In this document: in pieces, positions 40,069-49,706 of the stretch
Layout of the letters: each line of letters begins with the position of its first letter
Position numbering within the stretch: the first letter of the stretch is position 1
Sequence record: DRR723986_13328
DNA length: 64,000 bases
Strand: one strand, 5' to 3'
Translations under genes and position numbers: made by a program
The notes under the pieces: model-generated
What the model saw: the letters and a program-made list of their open reading frames with translations, nothing else
What the model was told of the DNA's origin: nothing
Database searches by the model: none

Positions 40069-40932
40069 ATGAAAAAAGTACTCTTAATTTTCGCTTTCAT
40101 TTTATCAGTAGGAATGAGCTACGCACAGAATGTTACCGGAAACTGGCAAGGCATATTAACACACCCAAATGATACTATTGGGTTTACAGATAATTATGCT
40201 TTTTGGTTAAACATTGAGCAAGAAGGAGACTCTATTTATGGACAATCGCGAATTGAATTGGCCAATTCAAAGAATTTCAGTGTGATGCATTTTAGAGGTA
40301 CATTTAAAAATAAGCATTTGGATATAGTTGAAACTGCATGGGAAGAATCGCATATGGGAGAAGGGATTTTCATTAACTGGTGTTTGAAAAGAATGAGTTT
40401 TATTTATCACTGGGAAGATTCCACCGAGACCATGAGAGGGATTTGGTCATCAAACAAAGAATGTGGGCCAGGGGAAGTGTTTTTGCATAGGTCAGCAGTT
40501 GAATTTAGCAACAGAACATCTCAAAGTCACGAATATTTGAGTTTTAAAGACTTGAAACAACGATTGCGTCAAGAAGAGTCTGTTGTGAATACTAAAGTTG
40601 TGTTGAGTAAGGTAACTTTTGAAGCAGATCAATATAAGTTATTGCCTGAGTCACGACCAATCCTCAAAGAGCTCAAAGACATTATGGTTGCTCACCCAAC
40701 ATTGAAAATTAATATTCTTGGCCACACAGGGAACATTGGACATGATCAATACAACTTAACTTTATCTCTAGAACGCGCAAGAATAGTGAAAGATTATCTT
40801 GAAAAGTTAGGGATTCAGGAGTCACGTATTCACTATCATGGTTTTGGAGAATCACGACCAATAGCAACAAATTCTACCGAAGAGGGTCGAAAGAAAAACC
40901 GAAGAATTGAGTTTGAAGTTATTGCTCAATAA
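40069..40932 (+). CDS. OmpA family protein (C-terminal peptidoglycan-binding-type domain)
   Basis: Signal peptide; GHTGNIG...NLTLSLERA...GFGESRP...NRRIE. Confidence 0.88.
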   Translation: MKKVLLIFAFILSVGMSYAQNVTGNWQGILTHPNDTIGFTDNYAFWLNIEQEGDSIYGQSRIELANSKNFSVMHFRGTFKNKHLDIVETAWEESHMGEGIFINWCLKRMSFIYHWEDSTETMRGIWSSNKECGPGEVFLHRSAVEFSNRTSQSHEYLSFKDLKQRLRQEESVVNTKVVLSKVTFEADQYKLLPESRPILKELKDIMVAHPTLKINILGHTGNIGHDQYNLTLSLERARIVKDYLEKLGIQESRIHYHGFGESRPIATNSTEEGRKKNRRIEFEVIAQ

Positions 40933-41325
40933 TTACTCGAAAATAGTGATGTCTGGAACAATTACCTCTTGACGTTTATCGGCAATTGTTACCTCTTCCA
41001 TTATCGTAATTTGACCTGAAGGCGATTGTAAAGATGAATCTTTAGAATAAGTGTAGATTTTGTAATCACCTCTTGTTAGGGCTGTAAATTGATAGGTTCC
41101 GTCAGGTCCAGTTCTAACACGGTCGTTGTAGGTGACGTTGTCCCCGTAAATGATATATACATCCAAATCTGCGCCTGGATATTCAGCCCAAAGAGTTGTG
41201 AAATTTTGGTTGTAATCTTCAACATTTACTTTACCTGTAATACTCGCTAAACCGCCTTCTCCTGGTTCTTTGTTGCATGAAAAGGTTAAAGATAAAATAC
41301 CGATAAAAAGGATGAGATTTTTCAT
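40933..41325 (-). CDS. Hypothetical lipoprotein (prealbumin/carboxypeptidase-regulatory-like fold)
   Basis: MKNLILF...TFSC lipobox from ATG 41325; ITGKV...TGPDGTYQF..L..GDY.IY. Confidence 0.7.
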   Translation of the reverse strand: MKNLILFIGILSLTFSCNKEPGEGGLASITGKVNVEDYNQNFTTLWAEYPGADLDVYIIYGDNVTYNDRVRTGPDGTYQFTALTRGDYKIYTYSKDSSLQSPSGQITIMEEVTIADKRQEVIVPDITIFE

Positions 41326-41326
41326 G

Positions 41327-44300
41327 TTATTGGTTGTTGATTTTGACAATTTTACTCGTTTTTTCTGTTTCTCCGGTTTTAAATTCCATGATGTAGGTTC
41401 CAGATTGCAAATTATATTCTTGTGCATCAAAGGTGATTTGGTGGATTCCAGGATCTAAAAAGCTATTGAAATTGATAACCTCTGCAGCGAGTCTACCCGA
41501 TAAATCGTACAATTTTACGGATGCTTGTCCTTTCTCGGCCATATGGATTTCAAAGGTAATTTGATCAGTAAAAGGATTGGGGTAGGTAAGAATGTCGTTT
41601 TCAACAATATCAAAGAAAGCAGTTAACTCTTCATCAGCGGTGAAGTTGTTTTTGATGGATGAGCTGTCGTTGATGCCTATGATATTTGTTCCTTCCCAAT
41701 GCGAAAAAGAATATCCAGGATTGGCAAAAACACTTACTTTTACGGGGTTGCCATTATAATAAACTCCTGTCCATGGATATTCCTCTGGGATAATCGTACT
41801 GATTTGAATTTGTCCAGCCCCTTTTGGATAAACATCCAAGGTTATATCCACTTGATCTGTCATTGCAAAGGTTGATTGTACGTTATTGCGCATGTGAAAC
41901 GGTCTATTGTTGATGAAGTATGATATGGAGTCAAACTCTGAATTCCATTCAGCAACATTTTCAGCTCTGCTAAGGTAAAAAGAGTTAAAGACGAGTTTAT
42001 CTGGCTGTCCCCAAAGGTCAAAATGTCGCTGCATTTCGGGTTCAAATTCATCATAAACCTCCTGCGCAATTTTTCCAAATTCTTCAGGGCTAAAAGAAGT
42101 GTTCACAATATCTGCGAAACGATTGATGAAGTAATTCCTGAATTCATCATTATCAAGTAGATTCAATAATATTCTTGAGTGTGGATCAGTAAATTCGGGT
42201 TGTAATATGGCTCCGAGATAATTGTATTCAACCCCTGTTCCTCCGCCAAATCCAGTCACTAAGTTTAAGCCCAAATCAGTGTCCCAAAGAATGTACCTCC
42301 ATTTACTTGCAGGCAAGGTGTTGCGCCAAAACTTAATGTTATTAGTGGTTCCAGCTTCTGATATCCAATCGTAATTTCCGTAATAGGTCTCGGTCAGCAT
42401 ATAATCCACGAAATTTTCAATGTCTAAATTTGAAGCAGCCCATGCGTAATTCGAATCAATAGCCATATCATTGTCCACAATAAACTCCACCATTGCAAGA
42501 AAGTGGTCGTTTGATCCTTGGAATTCATCTCCACTGAATCTTAAAAGTTCTATGTGATCACCATTAACTTCATAATTGGTTTCAATGTATTTCTCATCTT
42601 GTCTTTCTCTTAATCCGTATACGCCCCAATATTCTCCGTTAATGTACACCAAAACCCCGGTGTGATCCATGATATCCAAATTTAGGTCTCTGGCTGCACG
42701 GTTCATCAATCCATCTCTAAAATGGGTAGTATTGAAATCAACGCCCCCATTTCTCACATTAAAACTTTTAAGGCGGTTAATGTTTGGTTTGTCCGGAAAA
42801 GGAGAAAAATTGAACCAGCCATCCCCATGTTTTTCGTTGGCAAGAAACCTAAAACTCTTTTGGGGCCATCCTCTTGAGAAATTACCGTGAATTTTAATAG
42901 AACAATCTTGTCCCATCTGTTTAATTTGATTTTTATCTAAATACTCTACATGACCTGGAAGTTCGACATCTTGGTAGTAGTTAGCTATTCCCCAATATGG
43001 GAATGAATGGACACTGGTGTCCACATTTGGCCCGAGCATATAGATGCCACTTAAAGTGTCAAATAACCAGAGTGAATCTGTTGTAATAAAAATTACTGGC
43101 ATAGTTGAGGAGTCATCAATAATATAAGTTTTAGTCACCGTTTCACTCGGCAGTAGGTTAGGGTCTGATGACAAAACTGTAGCTCTAAGAGTTCCACTAG
43201 AATTAAACGCAATTGGTCCCGAATAAATTGGAGATGTTGCGACAGGGGAACTTCCATCTAGGGTGTAGTAAACCGTTTCACCGGGAGGTTCTGTTGAAAT
43301 GGTTATTGTTTGGGTACCCTTGTAAAATCCAGATTCCAATGATACTGAACAATTTGCTGCATACCCTTGATAACAAGTCGTTGCATTCGCGTTGCACGGT
43401 GTTGGATTGGCAAGTAAACACCAATTGTCCGTTCCATCTGGCACCCTGCCTCTTGAATGATTGAAATGGACATTTCCAACTATAAACTCATCTTCAATTT
43501 CTCCATTCGGTTTTTTGAGGCTTAATCGCTGTCCTTCTCTTGACAGGGTAAAGTTGGTGTGTAAATTGCTCGTTTCAGGAAAGCTAAGAAAAGTAGTATC
43601 GGAGCCAGCAACTCCAAAAATTGGAAGAACATAAGCAGACATATCATCTAAACCCTGATCATAATTGTGAATTTGAAGGCTTAGGACATTTTCTCCAATA
43701 ACCAGTGCCTCTTTCAATAGGTCTTCATCCAAAAAAAAGAATTCGGCACAATCAAAAGGGTCAGGTGAAGGACAAGAATAAAAAGCGGCTTCATGTTCTT
43801 CGGTAGCATAAGCGTTATAAGGAGGTCTTCCAACATTCCAAATATTATTTCGTGCAATTTCAACTCCGTTGAGATAAGCGACAAAAGCGTCATCATAATC
43901 CATAGCCATAAAACCTGATAAAAATTGATCTTTCGTTGCTAGAGAAAAAGTATCTCTCATATATAAAGATGTGGTTGCAGAAATGGTTGTAGCGTCATCT
44001 CCATCACCATAGCCAATTGAAATTTGGCCACTCAACCATCCAGAATCATCAAAACCTGGGTCGGTCCAAGTTGGATCAGGTTCAGAGCTTCCAAGTTGAT
44101 ATCGCCAAAAAGTTCCAGGAAAAATAGGAACCTCATAATGATCAATGATAAGTGACCTGTCCTTTCCTGAACAAAAGACTAACAAACAACTGTCCGGCCT
44201 TAAAATCACATCAGGAAAATTCCATCTCTTTTGTTGTGTGTCAAAAGTTTCAAGATAGTATCCGTTCAGAGGAATTGGGTTGGGGCTTGGGTTATAGATT

Positions 44301-44437
44301 TCAATCCAATCTTCATAATCGCCTTCAAAATCTTGGATAATATATCCGTTTGCTGCGCAGACTTCATTAATCACAATTTGACCATAAGTCAATTGGAGGC
44401 ATCCAAACAAACATAAAACACTAAATATTGACTTCAT
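41327..44437 (-). CDS. CotH kinase family protein with lamin-tail and Ig-like domains and T9SS type A CTD
   Basis: IVINEV..N...DWIEIYN lamin tail; YYTLDGSSP; HGNFSRGWPQKSF, YINGEYWGVY, WRYILWDTDLG; TYPNPF...KIVK. Confidence 0.9.
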   Translation of the reverse strand: MKSIFSVLCLFGCLQLTYGQIVINEVCAANGYIIQDFEGDYEDWIEIYNPSPNPIPLNGYYLETFDTQQKRWNFPDVILRPDSCLLVFCSGKDRSLIIDHYEVPIFPGTFWRYQLGSSEPDPTWTDPGFDDSGWLSGQISIGYGDGDDATTISATTSLYMRDTFSLATKDQFLSGFMAMDYDDAFVAYLNGVEIARNNIWNVGRPPYNAYATEEHEAAFYSCPSPDPFDCAEFFFLDEDLLKEALVIGENVLSLQIHNYDQGLDDMSAYVLPIFGVAGSDTTFLSFPETSNLHTNFTLSREGQRLSLKKPNGEIEDEFIVGNVHFNHSRGRVPDGTDNWCLLANPTPCNANATTCYQGYAANCSVSLESGFYKGTQTITISTEPPGETVYYTLDGSSPVATSPIYSGPIAFNSSGTLRATVLSSDPNLLPSETVTKTYIIDDSSTMPVIFITTDSLWLFDTLSGIYMLGPNVDTSVHSFPYWGIANYYQDVELPGHVEYLDKNQIKQMGQDCSIKIHGNFSRGWPQKSFRFLANEKHGDGWFNFSPFPDKPNINRLKSFNVRNGGVDFNTTHFRDGLMNRAARDLNLDIMDHTGVLVYINGEYWGVYGLRERQDEKYIETNYEVNGDHIELLRFSGDEFQGSNDHFLAMVEFIVDNDMAIDSNYAWAASNLDIENFVDYMLTETYYGNYDWISEAGTTNNIKFWRNTLPASKWRYILWDTDLGLNLVTGFGGGTGVEYNYLGAILQPEFTDPHSRILLNLLDNDEFRNYFINRFADIVNTSFSPEEFGKIAQEVYDEFEPEMQRHFDLWGQPDKLVFNSFYLSRAENVAEWNSEFDSISYFINNRPFHMRNNVQSTFAMTDQVDITLDVYPKGAGQIQISTIIPEEYPWTGVYYNGNPVKVSVFANPGYSFSHWEGTNIIGINDSSSIKNNFTADEELTAFFDIVENDILTYPNPFTDQITFEIHMAEKGQASVKLYDLSGRLAAEVINFNSFLDPGIHQITFDAQEYNLQSGTYIMEFKTGETEKTSKIVKINNQ

Positions 44438-44620
44438 GAAAGATTTTTTCTTCAACAATTTACAAATTTTATAATTGCTTATAAATTAGAGTTTAAGGTA
44501 GCTTTTCACATAGAGTCGTTCAAAATAATTGAATCCCCTATTTATCATTCCTTTTGAAATTATTATATTCATGTATCCAACAATGAGTTGGTAAACTAGT
44601 ATTAACTTAAAAAAAACACT

Positions 44621-44755
44621 ATGAAAAAGTTATTATTCATGATGTTCCTTTTAGGTGGTATTTCTTTCGGTTTCACTAGCTGTGGAGGAGAAGAAGAAGG
44701 AGGAGAAGAAACAACGGAATCTACTGAAGAAGGTGCAGAAGAAGAGGCTCATTAA
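44621..44755 (+). CDS. Small acidic lipoprotein, 44 aa (absent from ORF track)
   Basis: MKKLLFMMFLLGGISFGFTSCGGEEEGGEETTESTEEGAEEEAH*; A-rich leader, lipobox FTSC, own terminator. Confidence 0.85.
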   Translation: MKKLLFMMFLLGGISFGFTSCGGEEEGGEETTESTEEGAEEEAH

Positions 44756-44775
44756 GCCATTCAAAAGTACTTGAC

Positions 44776-44803
44776 AAACCATCTCTATACGGGATGGTTT
44801 TTT
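44776..44803 (+). terminator. Intrinsic terminator after the small lipoprotein
   Basis: AAACCATC tc tatac gg GATGGTTT plus T tract. Confidence 0.75.
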
Positions 44804-45312
44804 TAATTCAATTTCTTTTCACAATTTTCATCATTTAACCACTTGCCCCATTTCTTGTTATAGCCATGAACGGCATTGGTAGCTTTGCCTTGACCATCAA
44901 CCATAGGGTATTTATTGTTTGCCCAATTAAAAATTCCGCCGTATAAATTATAAACAGATTTGAATCCTGCCGCTAATAATTTTTCTCCTATTTTTTCAGA
45001 TCGATAGCCAATTGAACAATACACGTAAACTTTAGATGTTTTAGGGATGTCAGCAACTGATGAGATGTTGAAATTGTCGTACCCAATAAATCTTGCCGTT
45101 TTAATATGACTAGTTTGGTATTCTTTTTTTTCTCGAGCATCTAAAATATAAATCGTTGAGATTTTCGACATTTCAAACTTGAGTTGTTCTGGCTTTGCTA
45201 GTGGCACTGTTCCCTTAATATAGTTTCCACACATCTTGTCAAACCCTTCCGGATTTTGCGAATAACCTGTGAATGTGAGACAAAAGAATAAAAGTGAGAT
45301 TAACAATTTCAT
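44803..45312 (-). CDS. Exported rhodanese-like protein
   Basis: Signal MKLLISLLFF; LDAREKKEY..SHI, YCSIGYRS, NLYGGIFNW. Confidence 0.88.
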   Translation of the reverse strand: MKLLISLLFFCLTFTGYSQNPEGFDKMCGNYIKGTVPLAKPEQLKFEMSKISTIYILDAREKKEYQTSHIKTARFIGYDNFNISSVADIPKTSKVYVYCSIGYRSEKIGEKLLAAGFKSVYNLYGGIFNWANNKYPMVDGQGKATNAVHGYNKKWGKWLNDENCEKKLN

Positions 45313-45364
45313 ACAGAACGAAGTTACCAAAACAGTGCCAATTAATCCAATAATGAAAAAATTA

Positions 45365-45409
45365 AGTGACCTATGCTACACCTATTAGTCGTTTGGGATT
45401 TTATTTTTG
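45365..45409 (+). promoter_or_regulatory. Candidate activator site plus -7 promoter box for sulP
   Basis: AGTGAC ctat GCTACA starts 37 nt before TATTTTTG (45402-45409). Confidence 0.5.
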
Positions 45410-45416
45410 TACAAGA

Positions 45417-47144
45417 TTGAAGAAATTTATCCCCATACTAAATTGGTTGCCTAGCTATTCGAAAGCTCAATTCAAGGGAGATTTACCTGCAGGTTTAACC
45501 GTAGGAATATTGCTTATACCGCAAGGGATGGCTTATGCTATGATTGCAGGTCTTCCACCAGTATTTGGATTATATGCTGCACTGATTCCTCAAGTTGTAT
45601 ACGCTATTCTGGGTACTTCTAGACAGTTGGCGGTTGGTCCGGTTGCTTTGGATTCTTTATTGGTGGCTTCTGGTTTGGGAGCTTTGAAGTTGTCCGGCTT
45701 AGAAGAGTATATTTCTGCGGCAATCTTTCTTTCACTATTGATGGGGATTATTCAATTGTTGTTGGGATTGCTTCGGGGTGGTTTTTTAGTCAATTTTTTA
45801 TCAAAACCTGTGATTAGTGGTTTTACTTCGGCTGCTGCTTTGATTATTGGTCTCAGCCAATTAAAGCATTTGTTAGGAGTAGATATTGATCGATCAAGTC
45901 GGTTTCATGAAATCCTTCAAAATGTTTGGCCTAAAATTCCAATGTTAAATACTTATTCATTGATAATTGGGTTAGCCGGAATAGCAATAATAATGCTCTT
46001 TAAAAAATGGCGAAAATCTTTTCCGATTTCATTAGTAGTTGTAGTCAGTTCCATTTTATTAATGTATTTCTCAGGTTTGCATTTGGAAGGTGTTCAGATT
46101 GCAGGAGATATACCGAAAGGGCTTCCTAATGTTAGTATGCCATCTGCCAATTATGAGCAGATTTTAGATTTGTTACCTATTGCCGTGGCGCTTTCATTAG
46201 TCGCATTTATGGAGGCGATTTCAATTGGTAAATCTATTGAACATCAACATGATGATTACGAAATTGATCCCAACCAAGAGTTACGAGCTTTAGGTTTTGC
46301 TAATATTATCGGGTCAATTTTTTCTGCTTATCCAACAACAGGTGGATTTTCTAGATCAGCAGTAAACAATCAGGCAGGAGCGAAAACCGGAATGGCATCT
46401 ATAATTGCGGCAATGGTGATTGCATTAACACTATTGTTTTTAACTCCATTCTTTTATTATTTACCAAAACCGATACTTGCGTCAGTTATCATGGTAGCCG
46501 TATTTGGTTTAATCGATATAAAATATCCACTGCAATTATTGGCTAAAAGAAAAGATGAATTCTTGCTCTTGACACTAACCTTTTTGGTGACTCTTTTTAT
46601 AGGAATAATCGCTGGGATTATTGTGGGAATTTTATTTTCACTCTTGTTATTGGTGTACCGAACAGCAAAGCCTCATGTTGCAGAACTAGCAAGAATAAAA
46701 GGAACAGAATATTTTAAAAATGTTGACCGTTTCTCACAAGATGTTGAGGTAAGAAACGACATATTAATAATTCGATTTGATTCGCAATTGTATTTTGGAA
46801 ATACTGATTTTTTCAAAAGTACTCTTTCAGAAAGAATTGCAATGAAAGGAGAGGAATTAAAATCGGTCGTTTTAAATGCTGAGTCAATCAATTATATTGA
46901 TTCAACAGGGACTAATGTATTGGTCAATGTAATCAAAGAATTGAAACGAAAAGGGATTTCTTTTTTTATATCAGGAGCAATTGGTCCAACGCGAGATATT
47001 ATATATAAAACTGAAATTATTGAAGTTTTAGGAGAAGATAACTTGTTTGTGAAAACACATGAAGCAGTTAAATTTATAGATACGGGTGAAAAGGATATTG
47101 AAATGCAAGGTAAAGTTGCACGTCAAACCAAACCTCAAAAGTGA
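45417..47144 (+). CDS. SulP/SLC26 family anion transporter with STAS domain
   Basis: AGLTVGILLIPQGMAYA, GTSRQLAVGP, GFSRSAVN; STAS IIRFDSQLYFGN...INYIDST; TTG 45417 preferred as it lies downstream of the -7 box. Confidence 0.95.
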   Translation: MKKFIPILNWLPSYSKAQFKGDLPAGLTVGILLIPQGMAYAMIAGLPPVFGLYAALIPQVVYAILGTSRQLAVGPVALDSLLVASGLGALKLSGLEEYISAAIFLSLLMGIIQLLLGLLRGGFLVNFLSKPVISGFTSAAALIIGLSQLKHLLGVDIDRSSRFHEILQNVWPKIPMLNTYSLIIGLAGIAIIMLFKKWRKSFPISLVVVVSSILLMYFSGLHLEGVQIAGDIPKGLPNVSMPSANYEQILDLLPIAVALSLVAFMEAISIGKSIEHQHDDYEIDPNQELRALGFANIIGSIFSAYPTTGGFSRSAVNNQAGAKTGMASIIAAMVIALTLLFLTPFFYYLPKPILASVIMVAVFGLIDIKYPLQLLAKRKDEFLLLTLTFLVTLFIGIIAGIIVGILFSLLLLVYRTAKPHVAELARIKGTEYFKNVDRFSQDVEVRNDILIIRFDSQLYFGNTDFFKSTLSERIAMKGEELKSVVLNAESINYIDSTGTNVLVNVIKELKRKGISFFISGAIGPTRDIIYKTEIIEVLGEDNLFVKTHEAVKFIDTGEKDIEMQGKVARQTKPQK

Positions 47145-47184
47145 CAGAAGTCACTAATTAATGAAAAGAATCACATTAACTTTG
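47140..47184 (+). promoter_or_regulatory. Palindromic operator plus -7 promoter box for the MBL-rhodanese gene
   Basis: Perfect AGTGAC agaa GTCACT starts 37 nt before TAACTTTG (47177-47184). Confidence 0.65.
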
Positions 47185-47201
47185 TAATAAGATTTAGAAA
47201 A

Positions 47202-48611
47202 ATGAAAGTAGAACAATTATATACAGGATGCCTAGCTCAAGGGGCTTATTACATTGAAAGTGATGGTGAGGCAGCAATTATTGATCCGCTCAGAACGGTT
47301 GATGGATATATTAGAATGGCGAATGAAAGAGGTGCAAAAATTAAGTACATTTTCGAGACTCATTTTCATGCAGATTTTGTTAGTGGACATGTAACATTGG
47401 CAAAAGAAACTGGCGCCCCTATAGTTTATGGCCCAACCGCAAAAACGAATTTTGATGCGTTAATTGCAGAAGATGGTCAAGAATTTAAACTGGGTAATGT
47501 GGTAATAAAATTATTGCATACTCCGGGTCACACTATGGAAAGTTCTTCTTTTTTGTTGATTGATGAAAAAGGTAAAGAGCACGCTCTGTTCTCGGGTGAT
47601 ACTCTTTTTTTAGGAGATGTTGGACGTCCCGATTTAGCTCAGAAGGCTGCTTCAATGACCCAGGAGGAACTAGCAGGAATTCTATTTGATAGCCTCAGAA
47701 ATAAAGTTATGACGCTACCAGATGATGTCATTGTTTATCCAGGTCACGGCGCTGGTTCGGCATGTGGAAAAAACATGAGTAAAGAAACAATTGGGTCTAT
47801 TGGACAAGAAAAGGCAACCAATTATGCTTTAAGAGCAGATATGACCAAAGAAGAATTTGTAAAAGAATTAACTGATGGTCTAATGGCGCCTCCGGCATAT
47901 TTCCCTTTAAATGTGAAAATGAATAAGGAAGGATATGACGACTTTGAAAAAGTATTGAATAGAGCGGATACGGCCTTAAGCGTTGCAGCTTTTGAAGCAG
48001 CGGCTAATGAAACTGGGGCAGTGATATTGGATACCAGACATCAATCTGTTTTTTCAAAAGGATTTATACCAAAATCAACATTTATTGGAATAGATGGTGG
48101 ATTTGCACCATGGGTTGGAGCATTGATTAAAGATGTCGAACAACCAATACTGCTAGTAGTAGATGAAGATCGAAGAGAAGAGGTAATTACCAGATTGTCG
48201 AGGGTAGGATTTGATAATGTCATAGGATACTTAGATGGTGGATTTGAAGCATGGAAAACTGCAGGTAAAGAAATAGATTCATTTGAAAGTATTTCGGCTG
48301 AAGATCTAGCCAATATTCAGAAAGATGAATCTTGCAAAATAATTGATGTTAGAAAACCGGGTGAATACGCTGCTGAGCATATAGACGGGGCTGCAACCGC
48401 TCCTCTAGATGATTTAAATAATTATTTAGAAAAGTTTGATGACTCAAAAACTAATTATGTGCATTGTCTTGGAGGATATCGTTCAGTAATTGCTATTTCA
48501 ATTTTAAAAGCAAGAGGAATACATAATGTTGTTGATGTGTTAGGAGGGTTTAAAGCGATTGAAAAAGAGAACTTTAAACTAACTGATTTTGTATGTCCAA
48601 CAACTTCTTAA
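47202..48611 (+). CDS. MBL-fold persulfide dioxygenase-rhodanese fusion (CstB-like)
   Basis: ETHFHADF, HTPGHT, SGDTLF.GDVGRPDL, GHGAGSACGK; two rhodanese-like domains, HCLGGYRS. Confidence 0.88.
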   Translation: MKVEQLYTGCLAQGAYYIESDGEAAIIDPLRTVDGYIRMANERGAKIKYIFETHFHADFVSGHVTLAKETGAPIVYGPTAKTNFDALIAEDGQEFKLGNVVIKLLHTPGHTMESSSFLLIDEKGKEHALFSGDTLFLGDVGRPDLAQKAASMTQEELAGILFDSLRNKVMTLPDDVIVYPGHGAGSACGKNMSKETIGSIGQEKATNYALRADMTKEEFVKELTDGLMAPPAYFPLNVKMNKEGYDDFEKVLNRADTALSVAAFEAAANETGAVILDTRHQSVFSKGFIPKSTFIGIDGGFAPWVGALIKDVEQPILLVVDEDRREEVITRLSRVGFDNVIGYLDGGFEAWKTAGKEIDSFESISAEDLANIQKDESCKIIDVRKPGEYAAEHIDGAATAPLDDLNNYLEKFDDSKTNYVHCLGGYRSVIAISILKARGIHNVVDVLGGFKAIEKENFKLTDFVCPTTS

Positions 48612-48612
48612 T

Positions 48613-49014
48613 ATGAAAAATTCAAATTTTTTATTCAGCCTTTTTGCGTTGATGGCATTTTCCATTGGAATTGCTCAGTTCAACAATGCTTATGCTCAAA
48701 CTGATGGAGCGAAAGTAGCAAAGCGAGTCTCTAAAACTGAGTTCAAAAAGAAGTTGATGACCCTTGATCAAATTCAACTAATTGATGTTAGAACTGCGCA
48801 AGAATATAAAGCGGGCACAATAACTGGTGCCAAGAATATTGATTTTTATTCTTCTCAATTTAAATCGGAGTTGAATCAATTGGATAAGAAAAAACCTACC
48901 TTAATATTCTGCCATTCTGGAGGAAGAAGTGCCAAGGCATTACAAGTGTTTAAATCTCTTGGATTTGACTATGTCTTAGAGCTTGAAAATGGATACAGTG
49001 GATGGGTCGAATAA
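48613..49014 (+). CDS. Exported rhodanese-like protein
   Basis: Signal peptide; LIDVRTAQEY..G.I, FCHSGGRS, LENGYSGW. Confidence 0.88.
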   Translation: MKNSNFLFSLFALMAFSIGIAQFNNAYAQTDGAKVAKRVSKTEFKKKLMTLDQIQLIDVRTAQEYKAGTITGAKNIDFYSSQFKSELNQLDKKKPTLIFCHSGGRSAKALQVFKSLGFDYVLELENGYSGWVE

Positions 49015-49247
49015 AATCGCTAATTCATTTTATAGAGAGTCAGACCGGCCTTTGGTTGATAGCCTCCTTAACCTTGGGTTTAGCTCCGTTTAGCCCCGAA
49101 CCCCACATTTGGGGTAAATTGAAATGGGTTGCTGGTGGAGCTGTAGGTATGAAATCAGCTGATTGGTTTGATTTGATTATGCACGGAACCCCTTGGTTAT
49201 TGTTGGGTTTTGCTCTTATCCTTAAACTAAGGAAGAAGTCCATTTAA
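49002..49247 (+). CDS. Small membrane protein (LGLAPF.PEPH...DL.MHG.P type)
   Basis: 81 aa, two hydrophobic segments, overlaps the rhodanese stop. Confidence 0.7.
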   Translation: MGRIKSLIHFIESQTGLWLIASLTLGLAPFSPEPHIWGKLKWVAGGAVGMKSADWFDLIMHGTPWLLLGFALILKLRKKSI

Positions 49248-49361
49248 CTTTTACATGTTACTAACTAGCCAATTTATTATTGACAAAATAAATCTTTGGC
49301 CTTATGTTTGCTGTGAACTTTTCTTAAAATGAATTGTTATAATTAGACAAACTTAAATGTT

Positions 49362-49592
49362 ATGGCTTATCACTCTACATTAAAGAAGCGGATCAAAAAT
49401 AATGAATTGATTGGCGTAGAATATGTCGAAAATTACCTTGGAAGTAACTCAAGGCTACTGCTGTATTTTAACTCTGAACCTAAAATCAGACCGATTTTAC
49501 ATCACAAAATTGAGGAGTATAAGGAGTTATTAGAGAACATCAATACAAAGTTTGAGCAATTCACGAAGCAAATTTCTCCGGTTCAATTTTAA
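49362..49592 (+). CDS. Small hypothetical protein
   Basis: 76-aa ATG ORF filling an otherwise empty gap; TATGTTTG -7-like box upstream. Confidence 0.55.
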   Translation: MAYHSTLKKRIKNNELIGVEYVENYLGSNSRLLLYFNSEPKIRPILHHKIEEYKELLENINTKFEQFTKQISPVQF

Positions 49593-49706
49593 TTATTAAA
49601 GCGTTTTAGTGAGTTAAGAATCCAATAATAAAATGCTGATTTTTAACATTCTTGAGGTCATTTTGTGAAACCTTCATATATTTATTTCTTACTAAAATAA
49701 ATACCT

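Noticed and set aside
44684-44747. GGA/GAA-rich tract as a microsatellite
   Set aside because: Explained by the Gly/Glu codons of the small lipoprotein
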